A program made the translations under genes and the position numbers. From NCBI RefSeq assembly GCF_000039765.1, contig NC_004460.2, forward strand, positions 210,001 to 242,000: a stretch of DNA of 32,000 nucleotides, read 5' to 3'. Below the pieces are notes generated by a model. That model ran no database searches. It was given only the letters and a program-made list of their open reading frames with translations, and had not been told where the DNA came from. Position 1 is the stretch's first letter, and each line of letters opens with the position of its first letter. This stretch comes from Vibrio vulnificus CMCP6 (GTDB lineage Bacteria; Pseudomonadota; Gammaproteobacteria; Enterobacterales; Vibrionaceae). Positions 16,562 through 24,782 of this stretch are shown piece by piece.

Positions 16562-17530
16562 TTAGGCGTCCAACGCATCGATCGTAACAGCAACAAACGC
16601 ATGGTCACTGGCAAATTGGTCAACCTCAAAACTGGGGTTGACCAGATGTTTATCCCAAACGACAAGATGTGTGATTTTGCCCCTTTGCTGCGCGTTTTGT
16701 TGAGCAAATTCTTCAGAGAGCAGCAGATAATCGAGAATCAAACCTTGGCTGCCATGATAGTGAGTCGCCTTTTGCGCTTCATCGGTGAAAATAGGCTGTT
16801 CGCGTAGCCAATCACGCACGTCTTTCAATAAGGGAGTATTGCTTTCATCAACAAACGGCTTAAGTTCGGTGCTGTTTATGTTGGCGTTAAAATCGCCCAT
16901 AATCACCATCGGACGAGCATGGCTGGCGTAAATTTTCTTGATGTATTGGCTGAGCAGCACGGCTTCCCAACCACGTTGCACGGTGGACAACCAACTACCA
17001 ACTGGATCAGAAGGTGGCGTATTATCTGCTTGGTCGATCTGCTGCGTTTGCCATCGGGTTGGGCGTTGTGATTTAAGGTGCAGAGTGATGACATCGCATA
17101 GTCCAATGATCGGCAATTCAATAACCGCATGCAGGGGCAGTCGACTAAATTCTTTATTATCAGTGACGCTGTCACTATTTTCAGAATAATCCCCAAAGCA
17201 ATCCTTAAAGCGAACCAAACGGCTTTCAATCACTGGCCAACGAGAAGCTATCGCCAAGACGGGTTTGGAATAGATAAACTCGTCGGTGACATGAGGCTTA
17301 TCTAGGCAGACAAAATATGGGTAGCCCAAGTCGCTAGTCAGAGTGTTGAGCGCGTCTGGACTGAACACTTCTTGAAAGGCAACCACATCTGCGTTCATTG
17401 CTCGTAACTGCTGTGTGAGCCAAGTGGTTTTCTTGTTCCACTCGTTGTCAGTGAGAATGTTACTGAACTCGTAATAGGCTCCAGGAGGAGCAAGAAAGTT
17501 AAATAGGTTGCAACTGGCAATGGTAATCAA
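16562..17530 (-). CDS. Endonuclease/exonuclease/phosphatase (EEP) family protein
   Basis: IASCNLFNFL...VVAFQEVFS...MVIMGDFNANINS...LILDYLLLS...SDHAFVAV. Apparent TTG start: in-frame TAG 5 codons upstream, AGGA RBS overlapping the stop of the upstream gene. Confidence 0.85.
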   Translation of the reverse strand: MITIASCNLFNFLAPPGAYYEFSNILTDNEWNKKTTWLTQQLRAMNADVVAFQEVFSPDALNTLTSDLGYPYFVCLDKPHVTDEFIYSKPVLAIASRWPVIESRLVRFKDCFGDYSENSDSVTDNKEFSRLPLHAVIELPIIGLCDVITLHLKSQRPTRWQTQQIDQADNTPPSDPVGSWLSTVQRGWEAVLLSQYIKKIYASHARPMVIMGDFNANINSTELKPFVDESNTPLLKDVRDWLREQPIFTDEAQKATHYHGSQGLILDYLLLSEEFAQQNAQQRGKITHLVVWDKHLVNPSFEVDQFASDHAFVAVTIDALDA

Positions 17531-17542
17531 AATGTGGAATTC

Positions 17543-18355
17543 CTAGTCGACGTAACTGCTGATGACTTGCTCCACAATGCCCGAACCTTGAAGACGTTGC
17601 AATATTTGGTCGAACTGTGTGGTAAAAGGTTCTTTGAAAGGAAATCGCTCAGCGTAGGCGCTGTAGCCCAAATAACCATACTCTTCGCTGACATAGGCCG
17701 CCAGTGGGAAATACTCCGAGTGGTCGATGCGCCCTACGTCTTTTAGGCGTTTAATTTCCCACGCGATCGAAAGGCGATCATTGATATAGCAATCGACGCG
17801 CTTAGCGCGCATTTTCAAGATGTTTTCTTGATTGTCTTTGGCTTCTTCGATCTTGAGTTTGCCATCATGCGCGGCCATCCAAAACGCATCACCTCCAATA
17901 GAAAATGCGACGTTTATGCCTATGGTCAACCCATAAAAGTCTTCTGGCCATTTGGCTAACTCAGCGATGTTTTTTAACATCACTTCGTTGTGACAGTAAA
18001 CCACCACTTGTTCTTTGAGAATCGGCTTAGAGTAAGGGTGAATATAAGGGCGTCGATTCTCATAATAGTAGGGCGGAAAAAGGGCAAAGCCTTTCCCGGT
18101 TTCCAACAGTCGTAAACCGCGCACAAAAGGCACGGGTTTGATGGTTACACGATATTGAGGCATCTGATCAAAAACGTGTCTGAGAATATCAGGATAGATG
18201 CCAACGGCATTCCCTTGGATTTGGTAGCTGTATGGGGGATAGGCATCGTCGCTGTAAATGGTGACGGGAATGACTTCCTCGCTGGCCATAAGGTGAGCAG
18301 CATTTAGGTAGAGTACACTGACCAAGGTGATTTTCGCTTTTGTGCTGATTTCCAT
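17543..18355 (-). CDS. Periplasmic substrate-binding-domain protein (SBP_bac_3-like)
   Basis: Signal peptide; VIPVTIYSDDAYPPYSYQIQGNAVGIYPDILRHVFDQMPQYRVTIKPVPFVRGLRLLETGK, typical of stand-alone amino-acid-binding-like periplasmic proteins. Confidence 0.85.
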   Translation of the reverse strand: MEISTKAKITLVSVLYLNAAHLMASEEVIPVTIYSDDAYPPYSYQIQGNAVGIYPDILRHVFDQMPQYRVTIKPVPFVRGLRLLETGKGFALFPPYYYENRRPYIHPYSKPILKEQVVVYCHNEVMLKNIAELAKWPEDFYGLTIGINVAFSIGGDAFWMAAHDGKLKIEEAKDNQENILKMRAKRVDCYINDRLSIAWEIKRLKDVGRIDHSEYFPLAAYVSEEYGYLGYSAYAERFPFKEPFTTQFDQILQRLQGSGIVEQVISSYVD

Positions 18356-18500
18356 ACCACAACCATTTGCTCTTACCGTTCTATAACTTTAGCTTACTTG
18401 GCCTTAACGGGTAAAAATCCTTGCTGAAGAAATCGTAATAGTTATTTCTATTTGTGGTTTGAGGGTTTAAACTGCGGCAAATTTTTTGCGAGGTACCCCC

Positions 18501-19055
18501 ATGAGCCAAGAACACCTAAGCCAAGATCACGAATACGAAGAAGAGCAGTTTGGTGAAGAAATTGAAATTGAAGCCATTGGCGTCGAAGTTTCCGTTCAGC
18601 CTATCGAACTCTACAAAGTATTTAAGATCGCCAATCTAGTCAGTGGTGGTGGCGAAGCAAAACACGTGATTGCTGAAGGTTATGTGGCCGTGAATGGCGA
18701 ACTCGAAACCCGCAAACGTCGTAAAATGTACGATGGTGATTTCTTTGAATTCAACCAAGAGTACTATGTGGTCGTGTGTGATGCGCCTGTTACCGAACCT
18801 GAAACCGAGCAAGAGAAAGCCGAGAAGAAAACGCAAAAACAAGCCCAAGCTGCGCGTAAAGAGAAATCTCGCCAAAGCAAAAATGCCAAACCCAAAGGCA
18901 CAGGTCCAAAATCAACTGGGCGAAAAGCCGCACATAAAGAGCGGAAAGCGCAGAAAGAAGCCTTGTCACAGTCAGCGAAGAAAGGCCAGAAAGCAGAAAA
19001 GCCTCAAGCGACGCGCGATCCGAAGAGTGGCCGCAATTCGATCGATTTCTTCTAA
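18501..19055 (+). CDS. S4-domain RNA-binding protein (YbcJ-like) with Lys/Ala-rich C-terminal tail
   Basis: QPIELYKVFKIANLVSGGGEAKHVIAEGYVAVNGELETRKRRKMYDGDFFEF, then a ~90-residue basic tail. GAGG 8 nt before ATG 18501. Confidence 0.85.
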   Translation: MSQEHLSQDHEYEEEQFGEEIEIEAIGVEVSVQPIELYKVFKIANLVSGGGEAKHVIAEGYVAVNGELETRKRRKMYDGDFFEFNQEYYVVVCDAPVTEPETEQEKAEKKTQKQAQAARKEKSRQSKNAKPKGTGPKSTGRKAAHKERKAQKEALSQSAKKGQKAEKPQATRDPKSGRNSIDFF

Positions 19056-19080
19056 CCTTGTCGGGTCAGTAGCTAAACGA

Positions 19081-19107
19081 AAAAAGCCGCAATCGCGGCT
19101 TTTTTTG
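19081..19107 (+). terminator. Rho-independent terminator (possibly bidirectional)
   Basis: AAAAAGCCGC-AATC-GCGGCTTTTT, 10-bp stem, followed by further T. Confidence 0.85.
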
Positions 19108-19126
19108 GATCTTGGGCTTCTTGCAT

Positions 19127-19954
19127 CTAGCGATGATCATCGTCAACCGCTAAGGAGATAGGCTGCGCTGCCCAGTAGTCGATCTTCTCAGGGCGACCAA
19201 AATGATAGCCCTGATAAAATTCCAGCCCCAGTTCACGCATGGCTTGATACTGTTCTTCTTCCTCAACCCCTTCCACAATCACTCTGGCACCAATACGTTG
19301 TGCAAGGTTGAGTGCGTGGAGTAACTCTTCTTGTTGCCCTGCGCAATAACTTAATAGATAGCCGCGGTCGATCTTTATCAAATCGGGTGTCAGTTCAACG
19401 GCGCGTTTTTCATCGGAATGGCCGGCGCCAAAATCATCAATCGCAAAGTGAAAACCTTTGGAACGTAGTACTTTTACGGCTTCGCGTAAATCGTCGTTCT
19501 GATAGCAAAGCTCTTCAATGACTTCAAAGGTGACATCAGACGGTGCCATACCAAGTTGTTTTAGTCGGCGAAATAAGAGGCTTCTGTCGACGTATTCGAG
19601 GTCTTTGGTCATGGTGATCAAAGAATTGGGCATCACGTTAAGAAAAAGCTTCACACCTTTCGCCGTGTAGTGCTTAGAAAAGTTGCGAATGTGAATGGCA
19701 CGAGAGAGAAATTCAACCGAAAGAATGTATTCATCACTGTGATTAGGATCGGCAAAGAAACGATCTGGCCGGATGAAATTCTGTTTCTCGTCTTGAATTC
19801 TCAACAAAGCTTCAAAGCCAATAAGTTGCATTAACTGATTGAATATTGGTTGAAAAACGCTCGAAAAGGTTAGGTTGTTTAGCAGCATTATGTAATCACC
19901 ATCGTCCTTTTGACGAATGTACTGCTCGTAGTCTGATTGAGTGATTAACTGCAT
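19127..19954 (-). CDS. Stand-alone EAL-domain protein (putative c-di-GMP phosphodiesterase)
   Basis: FQPIFNQLMQLIGFEALLRI, KLFLNVMPNSL, VTFEVIEE, FAIDDFGAGHSDEKRAVELTPDLIKIDRGYL, ARVIVEGVEEEEQYQ, YQGYHFGRP. Confidence 0.92.
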   Translation of the reverse strand: MQLITQSDYEQYIRQKDDGDYIMLLNNLTFSSVFQPIFNQLMQLIGFEALLRIQDEKQNFIRPDRFFADPNHSDEYILSVEFLSRAIHIRNFSKHYTAKGVKLFLNVMPNSLITMTKDLEYVDRSLLFRRLKQLGMAPSDVTFEVIEELCYQNDDLREAVKVLRSKGFHFAIDDFGAGHSDEKRAVELTPDLIKIDRGYLLSYCAGQQEELLHALNLAQRIGARVIVEGVEEEEQYQAMRELGLEFYQGYHFGRPEKIDYWAAQPISLAVDDDHR

Positions 19955-20211
19955 ATTCACAACCCTAAAGAATATCTACTGAAAAATGTAACACTTTGAT
20001 CAACTGAGTAAAGCAACAAAACAACTGTGGTTTATCGCGAACGCGTAAATTTGATTTGCGTTCAAAAATCATAGGTCGTTTCTAACTTAGTACATAATAA
20101 AATTTGACCAAACGCGAGACAGAATGCCATTTTATTTAGGGTTGTCACAAATTTGAGGCGAAATATTTTTAGAAGCGAAAAAAGCAAAGTGGATAAGGGA
20201 TGCTAGACGCA

Positions 20212-20242
20212 AAAAAAGGACCTGCCGAAAAGGCAGGCCAAG
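20212..20242 (-). terminator. Rho-independent terminator downstream of pyk
   Basis: Minus strand GGCCTGCC-TTTTC-GGCAGGTCC followed by TTTTTTT. Confidence 0.85.
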
Positions 20243-20276
20243 ATCCCTGTGGAGCAGGAGGGGGGTGATTAAATGG

Positions 20277-21746
20277 TTATGCCGCAATGGCGGTTGTTAT
20301 GGGTGTTTCGTTTAGGTTTAGTAAGCGGCAGACATTCATATCGCCCACGCCTTCAACGGATTCTAACTGGGTCATCATGATGGATGAGATTTGCTTCTGT
20401 TTGGCATCAGCACCCAGTAGGCTGATGAGTTGATGCGCAATGTCACCGCGTTTGTCCAAAGTGGGGAGATAAACTGGGGTTACGCCGCGCAGAATCGCCA
20501 GTTTACGTAGCAATTCAGGTTTGTTCGAGACCGCCCAAATGGTTGCTTGGCTTTGACAACGCGACATCAATAGTGGCGTTTCACCATGTTGAGTCACGAT
20601 AGCGACTCCCAGATCTTTGTGTACTTTCGTTGCTGAGATCATGGATGAAAGAGCAAAGCTCTTGCCCGCGTCATTACACAGATGGTGCAGTTTATCCCAA
20701 CAGCCTTGTGCACAACTGGTTTCGTGCTCGACGCCTTGTGCAATTCGAACCATAGCCGCTACCGCTTCAACCGGATAGAGACCGGCTGCTGATTCAGCAG
20801 AGAGCATCACGGCATCCGTGCCATCAAGTACTGCGTTGGCAACGTCTAGAACCTCTGCGCGTGTTGGCAATGGGTTTTCGATCATCGATTCCATCATTTG
20901 TGTTGCCGTGATAACCGGTTTACCTAAGTACTTCGCACGAGCGATCAGCGCTTTTTGTACGCCAGGCAGGCGCGCGTCACCAATTTCCACGCCCAAATCG
21001 CCACGTGCCACCATAATGACGTCGGAGGCACGAATCACACCATCCATCGCTTCTTCGCTGGCAACCACTTCAGCACGTTCTACTTTCGCGACGATGTGTG
21101 CGTGACAGCCTGCTTGCAGAGCAAGGGAGCGAGCGTATTCGATATCGTCAGCGTTACGAGGAAACGACACGGCAAGAAAATCTGCTTTTAGTTCGGCCGC
21201 GGTAAGAATGTCTTGCTTGTCTTTGTCGGTTAACGCGGGGGCGGAAAGACCACCACCGAGTAAGTTAATTCCTTTGCGGTTTGAGAGTTTGCCCCCGTTC
21301 AATGCAATGGTGTTAACTAGGCGAGTTTGCGTATCAACGGCCGTTACTTCGAGCTGGATACGACCATCGTCAAGCAGCAGAATATTGCCGACTTGCAGGT
21401 CATCGATCAGCTCTGGATAATCCAAACCGACGCGTTCTTGCGTGCCCGCTTCGCGGTCGAGTGTGCCGTCGAGAATGAAAGGATCACCTGCTTTGAGCTG
21501 AATTGAGCCTTGCTCAAAGCAAGCGATACGAATTTTGGGACCTTGTAGGTCAACGAGTACGCCAACGCTGACGTTAAGTTCTTGTGCGATTTCACGCACC
21601 ATTTCAGCACGAGCAATGTGTTCTTCAGCGCTGCCGTGCGAAAAGTTTAAGCGCACTACATTCACGCCCGCTTGGATGAGTTGAGTGAGTTTTTCGCGTG
21701 TTTGACTGGCTGGGCCAAGCGTAGCGACGATTTTGGTTTTACACAT
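20277..21746 (-). CDS. pyk: Pyruvate kinase
   Basis: MCKTKIVATLGPASQTREKLTQLIQAGVNVVRLNFSHG; VLVDLQGPKIRI; AKVERAE; VMVARGDLGVEI; KPVITATQMMESM; TDAVMLSAESAAG. ATG 21746 preceded by AGGA (the ORF track starts at an in-frame TTG 21752). Confidence 0.96.
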   Translation of the reverse strand: MCKTKIVATLGPASQTREKLTQLIQAGVNVVRLNFSHGSAEEHIARAEMVREIAQELNVSVGVLVDLQGPKIRIACFEQGSIQLKAGDPFILDGTLDREAGTQERVGLDYPELIDDLQVGNILLLDDGRIQLEVTAVDTQTRLVNTIALNGGKLSNRKGINLLGGGLSAPALTDKDKQDILTAAELKADFLAVSFPRNADDIEYARSLALQAGCHAHIVAKVERAEVVASEEAMDGVIRASDVIMVARGDLGVEIGDARLPGVQKALIARAKYLGKPVITATQMMESMIENPLPTRAEVLDVANAVLDGTDAVMLSAESAAGLYPVEAVAAMVRIAQGVEHETSCAQGCWDKLHHLCNDAGKSFALSSMISATKVHKDLGVAIVTQHGETPLLMSRCQSQATIWAVSNKPELLRKLAILRGVTPVYLPTLDKRGDIAHQLISLLGADAKQKQISSIMMTQLESVEGVGDMNVCRLLNLNETPITTAIAA

Positions 21747-21791
21747 CTTCAATTCCTATAACGACGAGACTAAAAAAGGGGTAGGAGAAAC

Positions 21792-21813
21792 AGCAGGAGC
21801 TTTCGCCCCTGCT
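21792..21813 (-). promoter_or_regulatory. Hairpin in the pgtP-pyk intergenic leader (weak terminator or processing/attenuation element)
   Basis: Minus strand AGCAGGGGC-GAAA-GCTCCTGCT, 9-bp stem with one G-U pair and GAAA tetraloop; no immediate U-tract. Confidence 0.5.
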
Positions 21814-21822
21814 CAATGAACA

Positions 21823-23202
21823 TTAAGAAGCTGTGCGTGTTTGTAGCTTTTTGTCTTGTTCTTCGTCGATATCGACCACTTTCTTCGCATTCCATACCGT
21901 CAGTGCGAGTAGAACCGATACCACACCAGCGGCAAGCCAGAAGTACTGAGCGTTACCAAAGTCGTAGTGTTTTACGCCATCGACTTCAGTGATGGTGATC
22001 AGAGATGCAGAGATAAGCTCTTGAGCTGACGCTGCAATGTAAGAACACAGACCGATCAAACCTTTTACCGCACCAACCGCGTTTTTCGGCATCAGGTCAC
22101 AAGCAATCAGACCCGCGAGGAATACCACTAGACCACCGATAGAGAAGCCGATCATGCTCAGTGCCACTGCGTCGATAACACGGTTATCTGGGCCAAAGAA
22201 CATCAAACACATACCGGCAATGTTTGCCAATCCGTACAGTAGGTTAGGGATGTTACGGTTACCTTTGAACACTTTGTCTGAAAGGATACCTGACAGAATC
22301 GCACCCGCTAGACCGGCTGTTGGGTACATTGACATGGCAAAACCTGCGTCAATCAGTGAGTAACCTTTTGTTTCTTGTAGGAACAATACCGCCCAAGAAG
22401 ACATTGCGTAGCGAGAGATGTACATTGCCGCACAAGATAGGGCAATAAGCCATACCACAGGTTGTTTTAGGATAAACATCTGCGCACGACGTGTTTCTTT
22501 TGGGTCGTTCGCTTTCTTGATTTCGGTACCTTCGCCAAATGCAGTACCTGGATCTGGTAAGCCGTAAGTTTGTGGACGATCTTTCAGTACTTTCAGCATG
22601 ATCAGTGCAGCAACTACGGCAGCGATACCCGCGCCAATGAAACCTGCACGCCAGCCGAAGTAGCTCACTAGTGTCGCCGTTAGGATCCAAGTGATACCTT
22701 CACCGATGTTACGTGAACCACCCCAAATGGAGTAACGGCTACCACGCTGTTTTGGCGAAAACCATTGGTAAAGCGATACACACGAAGGTGCGGAACCCAC
22801 TGATTGGAACCAACCGTTTAAGCCCCAAAGCAGAACGAAGAAGAAGCCAACGGTGTTCATCCCCATCACAACCGAGAGTACACCCGATACCAGTAGGGAA
22901 CACGACATAAAGCGGCCAATGTTGGCGTAGTCAGATAGGAAGCCGTTTAAGAACTTACCGAAGGCGTAAGTGAAGAAGAACGCCGAACCCATGATACCGA
23001 GTTCTTCGATGGTCACGATGCCCGCATCGAGCATGGGCTTTTTCACAACACCCAAACTCATACGTACTACGTAAAAGACGGCGTAACCAAAAATAAGGCC
23101 TAAGAATACCTGCCATTGGTAGTTCTTGTAGCGCTTTAGCATTCCCTCGTTGGAGCTGTCTGATAACGGCGCATCCGGACGAGTTTTAAAGAAATTAAGC
23201 AT
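21823..23202 (-). CDS. pgtP: Organophosphate:Pi antiporter-family MFS transporter, probable phosphoglycerate transporter
   Basis: YVVRMSLGVVKKPMLDAG, GKFLNGFLSDYANIGRFM, LNGWFQSVGSAPSCVSLYQWFSPKQRGSRYSIWGGSRNIGEG match the UhpC/GlpT/PgtP family; PgtP assigned from divergence with pgtCBA. Confidence 0.75.
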   Translation of the reverse strand: MLNFFKTRPDAPLSDSSNEGMLKRYKNYQWQVFLGLIFGYAVFYVVRMSLGVVKKPMLDAGIVTIEELGIMGSAFFFTYAFGKFLNGFLSDYANIGRFMSCSLLVSGVLSVVMGMNTVGFFFVLLWGLNGWFQSVGSAPSCVSLYQWFSPKQRGSRYSIWGGSRNIGEGITWILTATLVSYFGWRAGFIGAGIAAVVAALIMLKVLKDRPQTYGLPDPGTAFGEGTEIKKANDPKETRRAQMFILKQPVVWLIALSCAAMYISRYAMSSWAVLFLQETKGYSLIDAGFAMSMYPTAGLAGAILSGILSDKVFKGNRNIPNLLYGLANIAGMCLMFFGPDNRVIDAVALSMIGFSIGGLVVFLAGLIACDLMPKNAVGAVKGLIGLCSYIAASAQELISASLITITEVDGVKHYDFGNAQYFWLAAGVVSVLLALTVWNAKKVVDIDEEQDKKLQTRTAS

Positions 23203-23480
23203 GATTGCTCTCCATGTAAATCAACAAAAATGTGTTGTCGGGAGCATGATGAATCGGCCCGTTCATCCGTACAAAAGGGCGTTTTTGGGGCACATTTGAC
23301 CCAATTTGTTTTAAACGATGAGTCAAAAGTGAACCTAACCGCATAACGTTTGCTGTTCGATTGCTGATAAAATTACTAGCAAGAAGGGAAAATTGCGTCA
23401 GTAGTGACTCAGTCAGGGTTTCAAGTGATTTTCAGTAAAGTGTAGAGTTTTGATTGAACGCACAATTTTTAAGGTTATCG

Positions 23481-24782
23481 ATGGTGAGTAAAAAGCGATT
23501 TGCCGTGTTAGGTCGGTTTAGTTGGTTGTTTAGCTTGGTCTGTTTTGGTGCCAGTGCGGCATCGACGGACAAAGAGATCGTTGTATTGACGACTTTTTCC
23601 CAAGAGCCGTTGTCCATCCTAATTGATGAGTTCAAGTTGCGTCACCCTGATGCAGAAGTTCGTTTTATTCACCGCCGCAGTGAATCCAGTATCCAGCTGC
23701 TGGGCAAAACCTACATGCAGGATATCGACTTAGTTTTGAGCTCGTCGCCGTTTTTGATGCAGAAACTTTCTGAAAGTGAGCGCCTTGGCGATGTTGCTCA
23801 GCACGAAACCCTACCAAGTTGGATGTCGCCTTATGTATTGCCTCCTCAGCAGCAGGTACTGACTATCGGCTATTCGGGTGCTGGTATTGTGTGGAATCGC
23901 GATTACTTGCAAGCGCATCAACTGAACATCCCTGAACGGTTTATTGATCTCACTCGTTCTCAGTATTTTGGCCACATCACCATGAGTACCCCAAGTCGCT
24001 CTGGCACAACGCAAATGATGGTAGAAAGCATCCTAAGTCGATACGGTTGGCAGGATGGTTGGCGCATCTTGATTAACATTGGCGCTAACTTAGCGACCAT
24101 CTCTTCGCGCAGCTTTGGCGTGAGCGACTACATTGCAAAAGGGCAATTTGGTCTTGGTCCAACCATCGACAGTTACGCTTTGCTGATCCAGCGAAAATTT
24201 GACCATGTCGGCTTTGCGTTTGAATCGGATTTTACTCTGATGCCAACGTACATTGCCAAAACGCAACGCGCCAGCGCGGATCCTCTGGTGGACGATTTTA
24301 TGGCGATGTTGCTTTCTGCTCCAATGCAAGCGTCGTTAGGCAAAAACAGTTTCGCCAAATTCTCTTTGCATGATACCGAGCGCAAAGATGGTGATCACCC
24401 GGCATTGAACATTAGCGCAATTATGCAAAGAGAAGTGCTGACTAATCGCCTGTTTGATTTGGCCATCACCAAGCGCCTACCTGAACTAAAAGACACGTGG
24501 CAAACCATTATTCAACTGCGTAAGGCGTACGCCGATAACCCTGCTGTGTTAACGCAGCTCGAGTCCATCCGTCAACTTGCCTTTGATATTCCAGTGAGCG
24601 AAGCGGAGGTGCTGGAAGTGAGCAAGCAACTGGCACTCTCTTCCCAACAAGAAATGATGGATGATGGCTATGCTCAGGCTGTGATGGCGGAGTTTAGCCA
24701 TCGTGTCAGCGGCGCGCTTCATCGCCAATTAGCATCAGCAAATCAACGTTTGCAAACGCTAAAAAAGCAGGGTGAAGAATAG
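23481..24782 (+). CDS. pgtC: Periplasmic binding protein-like component of the phosphoglycerate sensing system
   Basis: Start ATG 23481 (AAGG RBS) gives a signal peptide MVSKKRFAVLGRFSWLFSLVCFGASA, then an extracellular iron/phosphoglycerate-type SBP (KEIVVLTTFSQEPLSILIDEFKLRHPDAEVRFIHRRSESSIQLL). Abuts a PgtB-like kinase. Confidence 0.75.
   Translation: MVSKKRFAVLGRFSWLFSLVCFGASAASTDKEIVVLTTFSQEPLSILIDEFKLRHPDAEVRFIHRRSESSIQLLGKTYMQDIDLVLSSSPFLMQKLSESERLGDVAQHETLPSWMSPYVLPPQQQVLTIGYSGAGIVWNRDYLQAHQLNIPERFIDLTRSQYFGHITMSTPSRSGTTQMMVESILSRYGWQDGWRILINIGANLATISSRSFGVSDYIAKGQFGLGPTIDSYALLIQRKFDHVGFAFESDFTLMPTYIAKTQRASADPLVDDFMAMLLSAPMQASLGKNSFAKFSLHDTERKDGDHPALNISAIMQREVLTNRLFDLAITKRLPELKDTWQTIIQLRKAYADNPAVLTQLESIRQLAFDIPVSEAEVLEVSKQLALSSQQEMMDDGYAQAVMAEFSHRVSGALHRQLASANQRLQTLKKQGEE

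Noticed and set aside
18636-19161. 79-aa antisense and 155-aa out-of-frame ORFs (18636-18875, 18694-19161)
   Set aside because: Frame-shifted/antisense reads of the S4 protein's Lys-rich tail (long A-rich codon runs create open frames).
22349-22690. 113-aa ORF inside pgtP
   Set aside because: Alternative frame within a clearly conserved transporter gene.
23203-23480. Sigma-54 (-24/-12) promoter for pgtP or pgtC
   Set aside because: Searched by eye for TGGCAC-N5-TTGC and found no convincing match, consistent with the missing GAFTGA in the neighbouring regulator.
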